Assembly (NCBI GenBank): GCA_000004985.1
Contig: GG738893.1
Reading direction: 5' to 3' (one strand)
Length of the DNA stretch: 64,000 nucleotides
From: Naegleria gruberi
Taxonomy: Eukaryota
Numbering within the stretch: the first letter of the stretch is position 1; each line of letters begins with the position of its first letter. Positions 23,438 through 34,583 of this stretch are shown here, one piece after another. The notes under the pieces are model-generated. The model saw only the letters and a program-made list of their open reading frames with translations. It did no database searches and was not told where the DNA came from. The translations under genes and the position numbers were made by a program.

Positions 23438-24622
23438 TTACACAATTTGGTCATTTATACAATTCTTCCAATTTCCATTAAAGAAAAATGAAAAACTCTT
23501 TCTAAAACTCTTCTTGATATGTTTTCCAGTTGACTTGACTCCCTTATGATATTTCCAAATATATTCTTTCAAAGTTACCAAAATTGTACAAATAATAAAA
23601 AAGGCAAGAACTGAAGCCACAACCATCGAACAAGCAGCAATGATTGGATCATTTCTCTGTTGATCATAAATAGCATAAGTTGCCCATGAAAGAACTGCTG
23701 TATACGGAGCATCTCTTCTCCACCACAAAAAGATCATTCCAATAATCAAGACGATTGCCAAGAGTAAACAAGCCCAATTCGAATAGGACATTCCAAGGAG
23801 AATCTTATCAGTAGAAGGCCATGTGTAAGTAATGGCAATGGTAATATTCAAAGTTGTGGCAACAGTCAACCAACCCATATAAATACTAATCATTGGTTGA
23901 ATAATCCAATATTCCCACAAATTACATTCGGCATGATTCCACAACTTTCCCTTCGTATATAATTCACTCTTTTGAGGTTCCAAATAATTTACATTGACAC
24001 GTACGTACATGATTGCCAAGGTCAGTAACATTAAGGCAATGAACACAACTGCAGCCCATTGAGATCCATAATTTCCTCTCGCACTAAAATGAAATGGAAA
24101 GAACCAAATAATATTCAATAAAAAATTCAAAGGAAGGAAAATTGTCATTTTGTGGTTGATTAAAATATTATCTCGACCGAAAAGTAAACTTTGGATAAAG
24201 TTAATGACGACTACGGCTGCTACGAAGGTGTAGATGAGACCCCAGATGGAGAATGCCCATCCTTTTGGTGTGAATGGTGTGAAATATTCAGTAGAAATGT
24301 CAGATGTCTTGATGCCATTAATGATATTTCCAGCACTTGACAGAATATTCATAATTACCAAACCAATAAAGAAGATTGTGTTCAGAATTGGAATTAATCT
24401 CACTCTGACCTTCTTATAAATTGGTGAATGTTTTTCTGAATGTGTTTCTTTCAGTAAGAATGTTGGAGTTTCGTAATAAATATTCGATTCCTTATATTGT
24501 TTCTCGTCAGTCTTTGAAGAGCCAGAAGTTGTCGACCTTTCACTATTCACTTCTGCATTCACTGTCTTTTCGTTGGCTTCAGAATTTTGCACTGCTTGTG
24601 GTGGTGAAATCTTTTGAGTCAT
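23438..24622 (-). CDS. multi-pass integral membrane protein, Trp-rich, family unknown
   Basis: The 394-aa ORF starts with ATG. After a hydrophilic N-terminus there are about 8 hydrophobic helices with many Trp and Tyr residues. The domain is unassigned. Confidence 0.45.
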   Translation of the reverse strand: MTQKISPPQAVQNSEANEKTVNAEVNSERSTTSGSSKTDEKQYKESNIYYETPTFLLKETHSEKHSPIYKKVRVRLIPILNTIFFIGLVIMNILSSAGNIINGIKTSDISTEYFTPFTPKGWAFSIWGLIYTFVAAVVVINFIQSLLFGRDNILINHKMTIFLPLNFLLNIIWFFPFHFSARGNYGSQWAAVVFIALMLLTLAIMYVRVNVNYLEPQKSELYTKGKLWNHAECNLWEYWIIQPMISIYMGWLTVATTLNITIAITYTWPSTDKILLGMSYSNWACLLLAIVLIIGMIFLWWRRDAPYTAVLSWATYAIYDQQRNDPIIAACSMVVASVLAFFIICTILVTLKEYIWKYHKGVKSTGKHIKKSFRKSFSFFFNGNWKNCINDQIV

Positions 24623-24952
24623 TTCTTACAATATACACTATTTTAAAGAGATATTAATTTGTTATAAGGTGAATTTCAAAATGTTGTTGAGATTTTGATG
24701 TTTGCTTATTTTTTTCTAACTGGTTTTTAAGGATCTCCATTGAAATAACAATTGTGTTCAGTAAAAATCAGCGAAATCTCAAGATTCGAGATTATACTTG
24801 AAGTTGTACTTGAGGTTGAAGAGATTTTTCTTATACTTGAAGAGATTTACATATTCATCTTTGGTTTGGTCATGGATAAGATGTTGTTTTCAAGTGCTTT
24901 ATTGTGAGTATCAAGTGCGAATTGTAGCGTTTCCTCTTCCATTGTAATATTC

Positions 24953-26024
24953 TTATTGATCTTGATAGAGAATTACATTTTGTAATAATTCAAAATTGGA
25001 AAGTGAGTTTTGAATGAATCTGTTGAAACATGCTTGAATTGCTGCTAATTCTTGTTGATTTTTGAATGATTGATCTTCTGTTGCATCTAATTGTGCAATA
25101 ATTTCATAATTGGTCAATTTGGAATTCTTTACAATTTTCACAAGTTTTTCCTTTACAAAATTTAAATTTTCCAGCAATAAATTGTCTTCCAATTCAGTTT
25201 CATAAGTATGAATGTAGATAATTAATGGAAAATCTGGAGTATCTTTGATCATGTGAATGGATTCAATGAAAGATTCAATTCTTTGATAATCCTTCTTCAA
25301 TGGCCATGAGGGAATCAACAATATGAAAGCATTTCCATTTCTATAATGATCACAGTGGTATCTATCCTCCTTCTCATGCGCAATTTCAGCTGTATAATGT
25401 CGATAAATAATCAAAATTCTGATAAAACTTACCAATGTCAATAAGTTTAGTTTCACATTTCAAATATTCAAGATATAAACTTTTTAATCCAATGTGATTG
25501 TAATTCACTGAAACATTAACAGTATTTTGTCTTGAACGATACTTTGAATATTTGTAATTTTTTAACGTTTCATATGAAGTGTATGGATCTAATTTCTTAT
25601 GGAATTCACTTCTTCCAGTTTTTTTATCTGAAAGTAGAATTATTGACAATTCTTTGGATTTCAATAATTCTTTCATCATCTTTTGTTTCCATGTCAATAA
25701 TTTACAAATAGAACTATTTAATTGCTTTCTTTCCAATAGAGATTGACATAAATTATTAGCAAGTAATGATCGGCTAGTATTTACCAATTTACCAAATACT
25801 AGGCTCCATATTTTGTTAAAGTAATCCTCCATCAATTCATTCAATTCGGGAGAAATCAATGAAAGATTATTCACTTGTTGGAACAGTGTTGCTGATTCCG
25901 TATTGGTACTGCCAATATTTTCAAATACAAGAAGATAATCGAAAATAATTGCGAATATTTCTGAAGGTAGCTTGTGAATAATTGTTCTTTCTTGTTCTTG
26001 TTGATGAGGAGATGATGCTAACAT
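24953..26024 (-). CDS. F-box-like protein, 2 exons: 26024..25433 and 25389..24953, with a 43-bp intron at 25390..25432
   Basis: The N-terminus (LPSEIFAIIFDYLLVFENIG) is F-box-like. The two overlapping track ORFs are joined by a GTAAGT...TACAG intron, giving ...KLIDIAEIAHEKEDRYH... in frame. Confidence 0.5.
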
Positions 26025-26076
26025 TTTTTTTTGTTACAGCACATAATAGAACTTCCTATTTTGAATCAAATTCTAT

Positions 26077-27525
26077 TTATTCCATGGCATCACCTGGTGA
26101 TTTAACTCCTGGAGACTTTTTGACTACTTTTGTTGTTACGGTGGCCTTTCTTATTATTCCTTTTTGTACAATTTGTGGTCGAGAAATAGGTGAAGAGGAA
26201 TAATCAGATCCATTATCTGATAGGGCAGGAGAATTGATTGGAGTTATTGGTGACATTGGAGATGTACCAAGAGAGTTTACAGTTGGAACTTTACGAATAA
26301 TCTTTCTGATTATTTTAACTGGTTCTGATGGAGAAGGATTTTGGTGGAGTGGAATGGAATCTATTGTATTTGGTGAATCACTGACCTCGTCATCCATAAC
26401 TGAGGAAGCATTGGAGAGCATTGAAAGAGTTCTATCGGTAGAGCATGACGATATCGATGATACTGAGCTCACAGATGAAGAGTAGAGAGAGTTATTTCTA
26501 TTGTTACTTCCGTTTTGTGAAATGATCGAACCATGATCTGGTTGTTTTGTTGTTGTCACTATAATCGATCCATTTGTGGTTGATGATGAAGATGGTGCAG
26601 TAGAGGAGTTCTTATTAGAATTTCTTCTCTTAAACGAGTGTCCTGTTGACAATGAATTTTGGTTTTCACCACCTGTTGCTGATTTGTGTGAATTTGAATT
26701 CTTTCTTCTTGATGTTACACTAGGAGGAGGCACATGTGAGCTTGCAAGCCAAATTAAATGATGCAAAACCTCATCAATCGACACATCATTCAGTGAAGCC
26801 TTTACTGTGGCCATCTGGAAAAGCCACCTCTTATTTGTATCAGCCGAATATCTAATCAACATTTCAGCAACCTCACAAGCTACTTGACTATTCTTTACAT
26901 TCATCGTAAGCCAAGATTGTTCCGTATTACTATTGTTAGCATTCAAATTTAATCGCAAGCCATCATCATTGCTGTTATTATTTGGCTTATTAAGAATTTG
27001 ATGATGATCGCGTGAGGAAGAGACAATAGAACGTGGCGAGGTTGATGTTGAGGCTTTTTTTCCCTCCAACATGATCTGTAAAAGATTGGCGCGCTTTGAT
27101 TCTTCCATAAAATGATAGAAAAGAACATGATCAAAGGCTACGGGTGAAGCATTGGAAGCAGCAGAGGACAGAAAGATTGGAAGTTGGCTCGATGAATTAT
27201 TATAGGAGGTAGATTGAATTCGGGAGGAGGTGGCTGGCTGTGGATGTTGTTGTTGTTCATTAGAAAAATTTAAAGATTGATTATTATTGTTATGATTTGA
27301 ATTTTGAATTGTTGTTGTAGTAGTAGCCGAAGATGATGAAGATAGAGTGATGGTATTAGAGGAGGAGAGAACGGAAGTTGGTGAAGGTGGAGTTTGGTGA
27401 AGGAAATGTGCTGAAGTCGATGATGTCGACATGTAACTACCGCTCATCATCATCATGTTGTTATTATTATTATTGGGAGGTGATGATTCAGGTAGTTGTT
27501 GATGAGGAGAACCATGATGAATCAT
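26077..27525 (-). CDS. Ser/Asn/Thr-rich low-complexity protein, hypothetical
   Basis: The 482-aa ORF starts with ATG. Composition is strongly biased, with one short non-repetitive central block. Confidence 0.35.
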   Translation of the reverse strand: MIHHGSPHQQLPESSPPNNNNNNMMMMSGSYMSTSSTSAHFLHQTPPSPTSVLSSSNTITLSSSSSATTTTTIQNSNHNNNNQSLNFSNEQQQHPQPATSSRIQSTSYNNSSSQLPIFLSSAASNASPVAFDHVLFYHFMEESKRANLLQIMLEGKKASTSTSPRSIVSSSRDHHQILNKPNNNSNDDGLRLNLNANNSNTEQSWLTMNVKNSQVACEVAEMLIRYSADTNKRWLFQMATVKASLNDVSIDEVLHHLIWLASSHVPPPSVTSRRKNSNSHKSATGGENQNSLSTGHSFKRRNSNKNSSTAPSSSSTTNGSIIVTTTKQPDHGSIISQNGSNNRNNSLYSSSVSSVSSISSCSTDRTLSMLSNASSVMDDEVSDSPNTIDSIPLHQNPSPSEPVKIIRKIIRKVPTVNSLGTSPMSPITPINSPALSDNGSDYSSSPISRPQIVQKGIIRKATVTTKVVKKSPGVKSPGDAME

Positions 27526-28050
27526 CTTTTTCGTTATTTAATTAATTTAATTATAATATCGTCTTCTTTAGGATCAATGGATAATAGGAGAGAAAAAGTC
27601 TGCCTTTCACCCTCTGCTGATAATAATAATTTAGAATTTAAAGATTTGATGATGATCGAAAGTTAAAGTAGATATCTAATAATTATTGGAAGAATATAGT
27701 CTCACAATCTCATCACCACAAAAAGACAAGGTTAATGATTCGGTCACTTTGTTTTTTTTGTTGGCGTAAAGCAAATCGTTTGATTCTTGACATGGAAACG
27801 AAGGAAGATTCGGCTGACACCATGACATGCCATATTTTGTTCAAGAAAGTTTACAAATTCTCTTTGTAAATGTAATGACCTTTTTTCAAAGGCTTTAACC
27901 CTTCCAGATATGAACAGTCATTAAGCAACACAAGGTTCACAAATGTCACCATAGCATACAACTGTCAAACATATTTCTGTAAATGCCATTAAGAAAAGCA
28001 TTCCCAAAAAGATCCTCATCATCTCAGAAAAGAGTTTCAAAAAAATAGTA

Positions 28051-28485
28051 TTGGTCAATAACAGTTCTTTTACTATTATTATTATTATTGGCATGAAAAT
28101 AGAAATGAGCTGCTACATGAGAGCCATTGTAGTATGGTTTGTTATCATGTTGAGTGAGACAGTCCATGGAATATTGAGAGGATTACTATTGGTGCCACTG
28201 GTTGGTGATTTCCGAGCTCGACAAGTTTGTGTCTTTACAGGAATGTTATTAATTTATTCAATTGTTAAAAGGTTTAAGAGGTGGATTAATGTTCGGAATG
28301 ATGATCATGTTCAAAAATTTGGAATTGGACTGATGTGGGCCTTACTCACAATTTTCTTTGAGATTGGACTTGGAAGATTGGCTGGCTTTTCATGGGAACG
28401 AATCATGGAGGATTATAATCTACTTCAGGGAGGTTTCATGATCATTGGATTGGTGTTCATGTCTCTTGTGTTGAGAATTGTATGA
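28051..28485 (+). CDS. small hypothetical membrane protein
   Basis: The 144-aa ORF starts with ATG and has 3-4 hydrophobic helices. Confidence 0.3.
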   Translation: MVNNSSFTIIIIIGMKIEMSCYMRAIVVWFVIMLSETVHGILRGLLLVPLVGDFRARQVCVFTGMLLIYSIVKRFKRWINVRNDDHVQKFGIGLMWALLTIFFEIGLGRLAGFSWERIMEDYNLLQGGFMIIGLVFMSLVLRIV

Positions 28486-28651
28486 ATTACAATTATCAAA
28501 AAATTTAATTGGTTGATTCTTCCTATTGGCAATATTTGTTGTTACATGTACAATTATTAATTACATAATATATTAATAATATTAAATTATTATTATTAAT
28601 TCATAATTCATGTTGAATTTCTTCATGCCAAATCAAATAATAATAATAATA

Positions 28652-29475
28652 TTAAATTGTTTCAATCACTCCTCCACTCGAAATATTCGGAATTGAATTA
28701 TTAAACAATTCATTATATGAAGAAATATGATCCGAATGGAATGACGATGAATTTTCATCTTGTTGTTTTTCTTCATTCAATATGAATTGCAAAGACATGG
28801 GATATAATTTGTTAAATATTGGTAAATGTCTAATATCATGGAAATATTGTGGCCAACGTTTCAATCCGAGTACATCCTTCAATTCGTAAAATCTTCTTTT
28901 AAGAGTTGAAAGACTACATATAATTTACATGCCTGTTGTTGGGAAAGATGTAAAACCTGAATCATTTCCTTCTCGGATATCACTCGATGTTTCCTCACTT
29001 TGGCCATTTCGAGATAACTTTGAATCTTCTTCTCCTTGAATGAGGAAGAACCTTGTGGAGAGAGAACCTTCTTCCAACACACTGTGAGCTGATTGCAACT
29101 GGAATTCAGATGAGGTTGGGATGTTGATGATGAACCTGCTACTGATGATGAGACACATGTATGACAAGTGTTGGAACTTGTATTAAGGAGTTGGATGGAA
29201 CTACTTGAGAGAGATGTGGTAACTGTAGTGGTGTTAGTATTATTGGAGGGAGAAGTGGATGGATTAGTTAATATTACATTGGAAAAACGACCACTATTAA
29301 TGTCTGCCTTAACATGTGTTATGGTATGTTGTCTCTGCCTTAACATATTGCGAGGTTTTGGAATACCGTTGACGTACTGTAGATAGTGTTGTTGTGAGTT
29401 GAAAGATGTGGAAGAAGAACTACTAGAGCAACAAGAAGAACTGGATGATGTATTTGCAATGCACAAAAAACTCAT
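28652..29475 (-). pseudogene. RWP-RK family member disrupted by a 4-bp deletion inside the RWP-RK domain
   Basis: The upstream ORF ends in ...VLHLSQQQACKL and then runs into a frameshift. The downstream ORF resumes in another frame with (STLKRRFYELK)DVLGLKRWPQYFHDIRHLPIFNKLYPMSLQFILNEE. Alignment to the paralogs shows CAACTTAAT replaced by TTATA. The first ATG of the upstream part is at 29475. Confidence 0.5.
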
Positions 29476-29900
29476 TATGAATTCAGTTGATTGGTATCGA
29501 TAGTTGATTGGAATGTTTGGTAGTTTTTTTGGATTCACCAACCAACTGAATGCACAACAAGGTGTGGGATTCAAAATTGGTGGTGTGAAAGATGGAGTTG
29601 TGTTTAATCTCCTATGGACATATATAGTGGTTGTGAAAAATGGAAAAGCACCCCTCAAATTAGTTGTGGACTTTTTTCAAGTTCTTCGTTATGTTGGTTG
29701 AGGCAGACGATTAAGGATGTGAGGACTGTGCTTGCTTTAGAAATATGATATACTTCATCTTAACATGGCTTTATCGGCGAAAAATAGTTCGTATTAGCCA
29801 TATGTCCTCAATATGAAAAGAATCATTTTTCCTTTATGGACTGCTCAACTATTTATTTGCTTGTTCTAAATGACAAAACTTGATTCTTCCACATTTGAAA

Positions 29901-30815
29901 TCATTTCTTGGCGAGCCTCCTCAGTGGTAATGATACTTCTTCCTCTATACCGTCTACTTGTTTTCTCTTCCATTGTTGTGGAACTGGCTCTGACATCTCA
30001 GCTAGGTCTTCAATCTCCTCTGGAGTTGGTAATGGCTTTGTGTGGTGCTTGTCATTGAGGAGGTAACAAGTGGTCATTCCCTTTCCTTTAACTTCAATGT
30101 AACGTTCCTCAAATTCAAATCCCAAATCATGAACACGTTCATAGGTCGATCTGCTGATTTGAATTCTTCCTGAGAGTGATGTTGATTCGATTCGAGAAGC
30201 TGTATTCACTGCATCACCCCACAAATCATAAGCAAACTTTTTAGTTCCAATCACTCCTGCAATTACTGAACCAGTGTTAATTCCTGCTCTAATATTAATT
30301 TGTGTTGTTGGATTTTTAACATTAAAGTCATGAATCGCATCAAATGTTCCCATTGCAAATCTCAGGATGCAGATTGAGTATATCCAATTCCACTAACACA
30401 GAAATAAGCATCTCCAATGGTCTTGATCTTTTCCAAACTATACTCATCTGTCAAGGCATCACTGTAAAGTTAGCTCTGTGAACCACTCTCAAAACAGATG
30501 TTCCATGTTTGATATTCAACATTGTATAATAGGAAGAGTTTACATTAGTTTCAGATTCTAACAGAATCAATCCACAACACTAGGTCACAAAAACCACACA
30601 ATCACAATTCCATATATGAAGAACAAATTTCTAGATTGATTGAAACTATTCTTTGGCAAGTGAATGGCCACACCATCATCATTCTTTATACCAATTTGGT
30701 GATATATTTTACCAACTACATTCTTGGATAAGGAAGTATTCATCAGATTCAGCACTTGTTTAAATTGAGACATTTCTCTTCTAGTTATCATGAGATAGAC
30801 AAGGAATGCAACCAA
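29901..30815 (-). pseudogene. decayed duplicate of the class III cyclase catalytic domain
   Basis: The minus-strand translation is recognisably similar to the catalytic domain at 7900-8600, but the matching pieces lie in different frames. The fragments are LMNTSLSKNVVGKI..., DCVVFVT*, ...MLN..., LYSDALTDEYSLEKIKTIGDAYFCVSGIG and then, in another frame, RFAMGTFDAIHDFN...IRAGINTGSVIAGVIGTKKFAYDLWGDAVNTASRIESTS...RSTYERVHDLGFEFEERYIEVKGKG. There are several stops and frameshifts. None of them can be removed by a GT..AG intron. Confidence 0.5.
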
Positions 30816-31257
30816 AAAGCTACCTAGAATGTGATTGTGACTTGATTGAATATTCTTTTCACAAAAGTGGTATTAGGTATTATTATTATCTGGGGAATTT
30901 TAGCAATTTCCATTTGATGAATCTCTCACCAATTGATGCTAGTACATTAGAAACTTCTACCAATGATGTGTTCTTCTTACCATACTCATGAGTTGTTTAT
31001 TGTCAATTTTGATTGCTTCAAACAGTCATCCTCTTCACAATGGAAACATCAACTTGTCAAGCCATGATGTTATTTTTCAATTGTTTTGGAATATTTGCAA
31101 ATGTAATCATTTCCAATGCATATGTATGAGATTTTTAGTAGTAAGAAATTGTAAAGGATAACAGATTACACTGTAATTCTATTACTGCGCTCCTTTAAGG
31201 CAGATTTTCTTAATCGCCCCTAACGCTCAATTATTTTTAAAAAATCTTAAAAAAAAT

Positions 31258-31824
31258 ATGAAACACTTCTTCCTTATTGCTGGCGTCTTGTTGGTCGTCT
31301 TGATGATCAATGCCGTTAGCGCTTCCACTGAAAATGTTGTCGTCGGTTCAGCAGCAATCAGCAAGATTGACGCCGAAGAACAACAAGCTATGAATCTTAT
31401 TGATAGATTGCGTGGTAATGTTAGAGGTTCTGGTGCTAATTGTAGATTTGAAAATACTGATGCTACTATTAAGACCTTTATTTGTGATATTACATTTGAA
31501 AAGAAGGTTTTGGTTAAAAAGGTTAAGGCTTCTGCCACTGTCTCTATTGTTGCTAATTTGGCTTCTTCTAGAGTCACTGTTAAGATTCAATCTCATGGTG
31601 CCACTCTTTACAATAAGGATTATCCAATTGGTCAAGTTAACCTTGATCCTATCTGTGTCAATGTTATTCCTGAAGTTGGTTTCTGTCTCCAACTCAGAAA
31701 TCTCAGATTTAACACCAATCCACCAGGTTGTGTTTCCATTGATTTGACTGGTTACTTTAATGCATTTGGTTTGCATGAAAATGTTCTCAAGCAACCAATA
31801 GGATGGAATGCCAACAAGTGTTAA
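31258..31824 (+). CDS. secreted hypothetical protein
   Basis: The 188-aa ORF starts with ATG. The signal peptide is MKHFFLIAGVLLVVLMINAVSAS. There are 6 Cys residues. Confidence 0.45.
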   Translation: MKHFFLIAGVLLVVLMINAVSASTENVVVGSAAISKIDAEEQQAMNLIDRLRGNVRGSGANCRFENTDATIKTFICDITFEKKVLVKKVKASATVSIVANLASSRVTVKIQSHGATLYNKDYPIGQVNLDPICVNVIPEVGFCLQLRNLRFNTNPPGCVSIDLTGYFNAFGLHENVLKQPIGWNANKC

Positions 31825-31993
31825 TAAAACTCTATTAACACAAAGATTCGTTCCTTCTTTGTAGTAGAAGCTTAAAACTTCGCTGTTAAACTTCCTGTTA
31901 GAACGTTTTCTTCAATTTTCACCAAGTTATCCAAGCCGAAAGGTTCGTTGTCTCGTTACTGTCACGTGTCATCAAAAAACATAATTAAAAAAA

Positions 31994-33982
31994 ATGACGC
32001 AACAAGGAGAGTCTTCAACCTCATCATCATTAGAGGAGGACCACAGCAGCACACAACAAGCACCACCAACCAACGAAGAGATGACATCTCCCTCACTACA
32101 ATCCATCACTTCTAATCTCACAGAAACCAACAACACACCTCAACAACTTGAATCCAATTTGACTATTGACAACAACTCACCTCCACCACAACAAACATCA
32201 CGAGAGGAAGAATTGGCAACAGCTTTAGCTCTTGAAGAACAATCAAAACAACAAATTGCTACCACTTCCATTATTGAAAAATCTTCATCACCATCAGCAG
32301 TGGAAGGAAAGGATGAAGCAATTTCTGAAAATGATGTGGAAGTTAATATTGTAAAGGTTTCTCCACGTTCTCCAAAATCTCCACGTAGAGAAAATTCACA
32401 AAAATTGATTGTTGAACCATCTCCTTCAAATGTTGTTGCTGGTAATGGTGCTGCTGCTGTTAATCAATCGACAACTTCATTGGAATCAACAGTTGGTACA
32501 GAGAGTACTCCATCCGAAGCAGCTAGTGATCCACAAAAGAACTTGTCGAATGGTAATCAGAAACATAATGAAACTTACCGAAAGAAATCTTCCAAGTTTC
32601 CAACAGCTCCAAAAGCCACACACGAAAATAATATTGGATTTTTCAGGTCGTTAAAGAATTATTTCCTCTCAATGATTTATGCTTCTCAAGCACAAAGACA
32701 AGAAACCAAAAATAATCTTACAAAATCTTTAGAATTATTTGAAAAATCACTCAATCATATGAAACAAACTAATAATAATGCAGCAGATGTCAGTTTGTTG
32801 CACTACAATATGGGAATAGTATGGGAAAAGATTTATTCCATTAAATTAACTGCCATGCTCAATGCTAGTTTCAGTTTGGACGATCATCAAAATGTTGCCA
32901 CCACAAAATCCTTCCTCCTCAGAGATAAAACCACTGAAACATTGACCGGACAGCAGAAAGTTGATCATTTGATTGAAAAGGATGGACCAACAGAAAATAA
33001 TACCAAGGAAAAGAAACAAAAAGTTGATCCTGAGAAATTACTCGAAACTAAACCTTCAATTATTGTAATGGATGGAGAATTGGGAGAATTTACTGGAAGA
33101 AGAACAACTGTTTCAGGAATTAACTACTTGACAAGTGTTACTGCAGAGGAAATTCTCTCACACTTGCAATCTGATTATGAATTGGACATGTTTTTGGAAT
33201 ATGAACAAGCAATGACTGAAAGATTCACTGAAAAGGATGAAATTTCCAATGCTGAGAGAGCCACAATGATCAAGAATATCTTTACTCACTATGCAGAGAG
33301 TTTGAGATTGAATCCAATGCATTTGGAAACCTATTTCCAACTTGCAAACATGTTCCAAAGAGTGGGCTTGTACTATCATGCTATAGCTCTATTTGAAAAA
33401 ACAGTTGAAATTCAAGAAGAATTCTCAGAGGGTTACAATTGTCTTGGTGTTTGTCTATTTAACATGGGTCAATTGGATAAGGCATCCTATTTTTACAATA
33501 AGGCACTCAAATATGATTTGAAAAATCCAATCATTTTTGCCAATTTGGGTGAAGTTTTATACGAAAGAGGAAAATTTGCAGAAGCTCTCAACATGTTTTC
33601 ACGTGCCTTTTATTTGGCTCCATCTCTTGGATCTTTGTATTGTTACTTTGGATTGTATTATTTGGAACAGGAGAAATCAAAGGAAAAGGCCCTTCAAATG
33701 TTTGAAAAGGCAATGGAACTCTCTCCTACTTCAGGAGATGTTCAATTCTACTATGGACGTTTTTGGTTAGAAATTGAAGATTATGATAAGGCCCTAACAC
33801 ATTTTGAAAGAGCAAGTCAATTAGTCCCACCAAATCGTCAAATGTACTATTATACAGGATTGGCATTGACAAAAGTTGGATCCAAGGAAGAAGCCATTTC
33901 AAATTTAAGTAAGTCAGTTGAATTGGCTCCAACATTGGATTTGTATAAGGAAACTTTGGAAAAGGTAAAAGCTGAGGTGTAA
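31994..33982 (+). CDS. TPR-repeat protein with a Ser/Thr/Gln-rich N-terminal half
   Basis: The C-terminal about 250 aa contain at least 6 TPR-like 34-aa repeats, for example YFQLANMFQRVGLYYHAIALFEKTVEI and AEALNMFSRAFYLAP. Confidence 0.6.
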   Translation: MTQQGESSTSSSLEEDHSSTQQAPPTNEEMTSPSLQSITSNLTETNNTPQQLESNLTIDNNSPPPQQTSREEELATALALEEQSKQQIATTSIIEKSSSPSAVEGKDEAISENDVEVNIVKVSPRSPKSPRRENSQKLIVEPSPSNVVAGNGAAAVNQSTTSLESTVGTESTPSEAASDPQKNLSNGNQKHNETYRKKSSKFPTAPKATHENNIGFFRSLKNYFLSMIYASQAQRQETKNNLTKSLELFEKSLNHMKQTNNNAADVSLLHYNMGIVWEKIYSIKLTAMLNASFSLDDHQNVATTKSFLLRDKTTETLTGQQKVDHLIEKDGPTENNTKEKKQKVDPEKLLETKPSIIVMDGELGEFTGRRTTVSGINYLTSVTAEEILSHLQSDYELDMFLEYEQAMTERFTEKDEISNAERATMIKNIFTHYAESLRLNPMHLETYFQLANMFQRVGLYYHAIALFEKTVEIQEEFSEGYNCLGVCLFNMGQLDKASYFYNKALKYDLKNPIIFANLGEVLYERGKFAEALNMFSRAFYLAPSLGSLYCYFGLYYLEQEKSKEKALQMFEKAMELSPTSGDVQFYYGRFWLEIEDYDKALTHFERASQLVPPNRQMYYYTGLALTKVGSKEEAISNLSKSVELAPTLDLYKETLEKVKAEV

Positions 33983-34082
33983 TAAACAATCAGTTACTTC
34001 AAGACTTTCAATCAAACTATAGTTTACAAAATATTAACAATTAATTATGTAAAAAAAATATTTCAACACCAACACAAATCCA

Positions 34083-34487
34083 TTGATTATTATTATGAGT
34101 AGATACGGATTACGTTTCTTTAGAACTCCAAGCCAAAAGGAAGATCGTGCCCTAACAGTAGAACCATCCAATGAGAGTTTAATCACTGTGAGGAAATTAT
34201 TCATGATTGAGTGCAAGATGGAAATTCTAAATATTTTGCAATTGGCAAGTGATCATGAATCTGTAATGGGAAATTTAAAAGAAGATGAAACTGATTCTGA
34301 TTCTGATAAAAAAATAGTATCAAAATCTTCAGCTGAAGAGAGAATTAAATATTATTCGAATCAGTTGGAGGAATCAAAAAAGATTGTGCAAGATTTGGAC
34401 TTTATTCAATTGGTTGAGAATGAAAATAATTTGGACGCATTGGAAAGATTAAAAATTCGAGTGGTGGATCCAGAGGAAATAAACTAG
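34083..34487 (+). CDS. small acidic hypothetical protein
   Basis: The 134-aa ORF starts with ATG. No domain was recognised. Confidence 0.25.
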   Translation: MIIIMSRYGLRFFRTPSQKEDRALTVEPSNESLITVRKLFMIECKMEILNILQLASDHESVMGNLKEDETDSDSDKKIVSKSSAEERIKYYSNQLEESKKIVQDLDFIQLVENENNLDALERLKIRVVDPEEIN

Positions 34488-34583
34488 TTTCGAATACTAA
34501 ACAAAATATTCGAATACTATTTCATTCTTTATCATTTGTGAAAAGTCAATTTCGATATTTACAAAAAAAAATTACAAAAAAAA

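Noticed and set aside
31227-31794. Three ORFs antisense to or overlapping the secreted-protein gene 31258..31824.
   Set aside because: The plus-strand ORF has a clean signal peptide and an ATG. The others are nested or antisense and compositionally odd.
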